From the NCBI GenBank assembly GCA_942492335.1, contig CALOEN010000032.1, positions 71,510-135,509 of the forward strand: 64,000 nucleotides of DNA, given 5' to 3'. The stretch comes from an uncultured beta proteobacterium. GTDB lineage: Bacteria > Pseudomonadota > Gammaproteobacteria > Burkholderiales > SG8-41. The translations under genes and the position numbers were made by a program. This document shows, in pieces, positions 63,466 to 64,000 of this stretch. The stretch's first letter is position 1; each line of letters opens with the position of its first letter. The notes beneath the pieces were generated by a model. The model ran no database searches and was not told where the DNA came from. It saw only the letters and a program-made list of their open reading frames with translations.

Positions 63466-63530
63466 GCGCTCGAAACCAAAAAAAGGGGCGGCACCTTCCC
63501 GGTGCCGCCCCTTTTTTTGGTTTCGAGCGC
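63466..63530. terminator. Bidirectional terminator within a 30-bp perfect inverted repeat
   Basis: GCGCTCGAAACC-A7-GGGGCGGCACC / TTCCC loop / exact reverse complement, between convergent fadL-like and dsrE2 genes. Confidence 0.85.
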
Positions 63531-64000
63531 TAGATATAGAGACAAATGTCGCTTTCGCCGGCAAACTCGAAGAAGGCCGCCGCTCCAGCATATTCCACGC
63601 CTTCGATGAAGTCCGAATGATTCATGTCGAACAAATCAACGGTCATCTGACAGGCGATGAGCTTGACCTCGGCCTCGATGCAGAGCTCACGCAGCTCTTC
63701 GAGGCTGGCCACGCCCTTCGACTTCATCTTCGACTTCATCATCGACGTCATCATGCCCTGCATACCCGGCAGGGTGAGACCGAGCACCGGGAACCATTTG
63801 TCCATCCCCATCGGCATCGGCATGCCGGGATTACCCAAAGGGGTGACTGCCAGAGCCAGCTTCTTCTTCAGCAGTTGGAGGCCGTAGAAGGTAAAAAAGA
63901 TCTGAGTGTCATAACCTAGCGCCGATGCGGTCGACGCCAGAATGAATGGGGGATAGGCCCAGTCCAGCGAACCTTTCGTGGCGATAATGGCCAGCTTTTT
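63530..64000 (-). CDS. dsrE2: DsrE2-type sulfur carrier protein (start lies beyond the window)
   Basis: KKLAIIATKGSLDWAYPPFILAS, FFTFYGL, GNP.MP, IACQMTVDLF, GAAAF. Confidence 0.9.
   Translation of the reverse strand, partial: KKLAIIATKGSLDWAYPPFILASTASALGYDTQIFFTFYGLQLLKKKLALAVTPLGNPGMPMPMGMDKWFPVLGLTLPGMQGMMTSMMKSKMKSKGVASLEELRELCIEAEVKLIACQMTVDLFDMNHSDFIEGVEYAGAAAFFEFAGESDICLYI

Overview
The window reads as a mosaic of at least 5-6 unrelated genomic pieces rather than one locus. Several genes are cut in mid-frame and joined to unrelated genes (~12558, ~17577, ~29675, ~46590, ~48850, ~51664, ~51880, ~52100), and codon style shifts at the larger junctions. (1) 1-12.55 kb is betaproteobacterial-style housekeeping DNA: ettA, two diguanylate cyclases, panE-like reductase, SDR, glnS, birA-coaX-SPOR, plus two decayed gene remnants. 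(2) 12.56-17.58 kb is a Desulfobacterales-style catabolic cluster: biotin carrier, biotin carboxylase and creatininase, with a divergent GntR and TRAP receptor. (3) 17.58-29.67 kb holds five large, co-oriented, largely unannotatable genes: a coiled coil, a tail-terminator/Pvc16-like protein, a beta-rich protein, a 1127-aa helical protein, and a >1450-aa membrane protein carrying an M23 peptidase, tandem His-x-His repeats and repeated beta-rich modules. This is the best candidate for an undescribed system, possibly accessory to a contractile injection or tail-like machine. (4) 29.68-41.8 kb is an 11-gene tailoring operon: rSAM/SPASM, DegT, SyrD/PvdE-type exporter, acyltransferase, three glycosyltransferases, hydroxylase, sulfotransferase, desaturase and AsnB. 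It is the second candidate, possibly making a modified glycolipid or glycopeptide. (5) 41.9-52.1 kb has an RND pump, a Tn3/toxin-antitoxin remnant, IS fragments and an elongated YvcK. (6) 52.2-64 kb is sulfur-oxidizer-style gammaproteobacterial DNA: lptF, RAYT, mltB, ridA, purC, tRNA-Met, ychF, LysR, FadL and dsrE2. Homopolymer and compensating indels suggest sequencing error in places. No CRISPR array or rRNA was seen. All family calls come from motif recognition; no database search was run.
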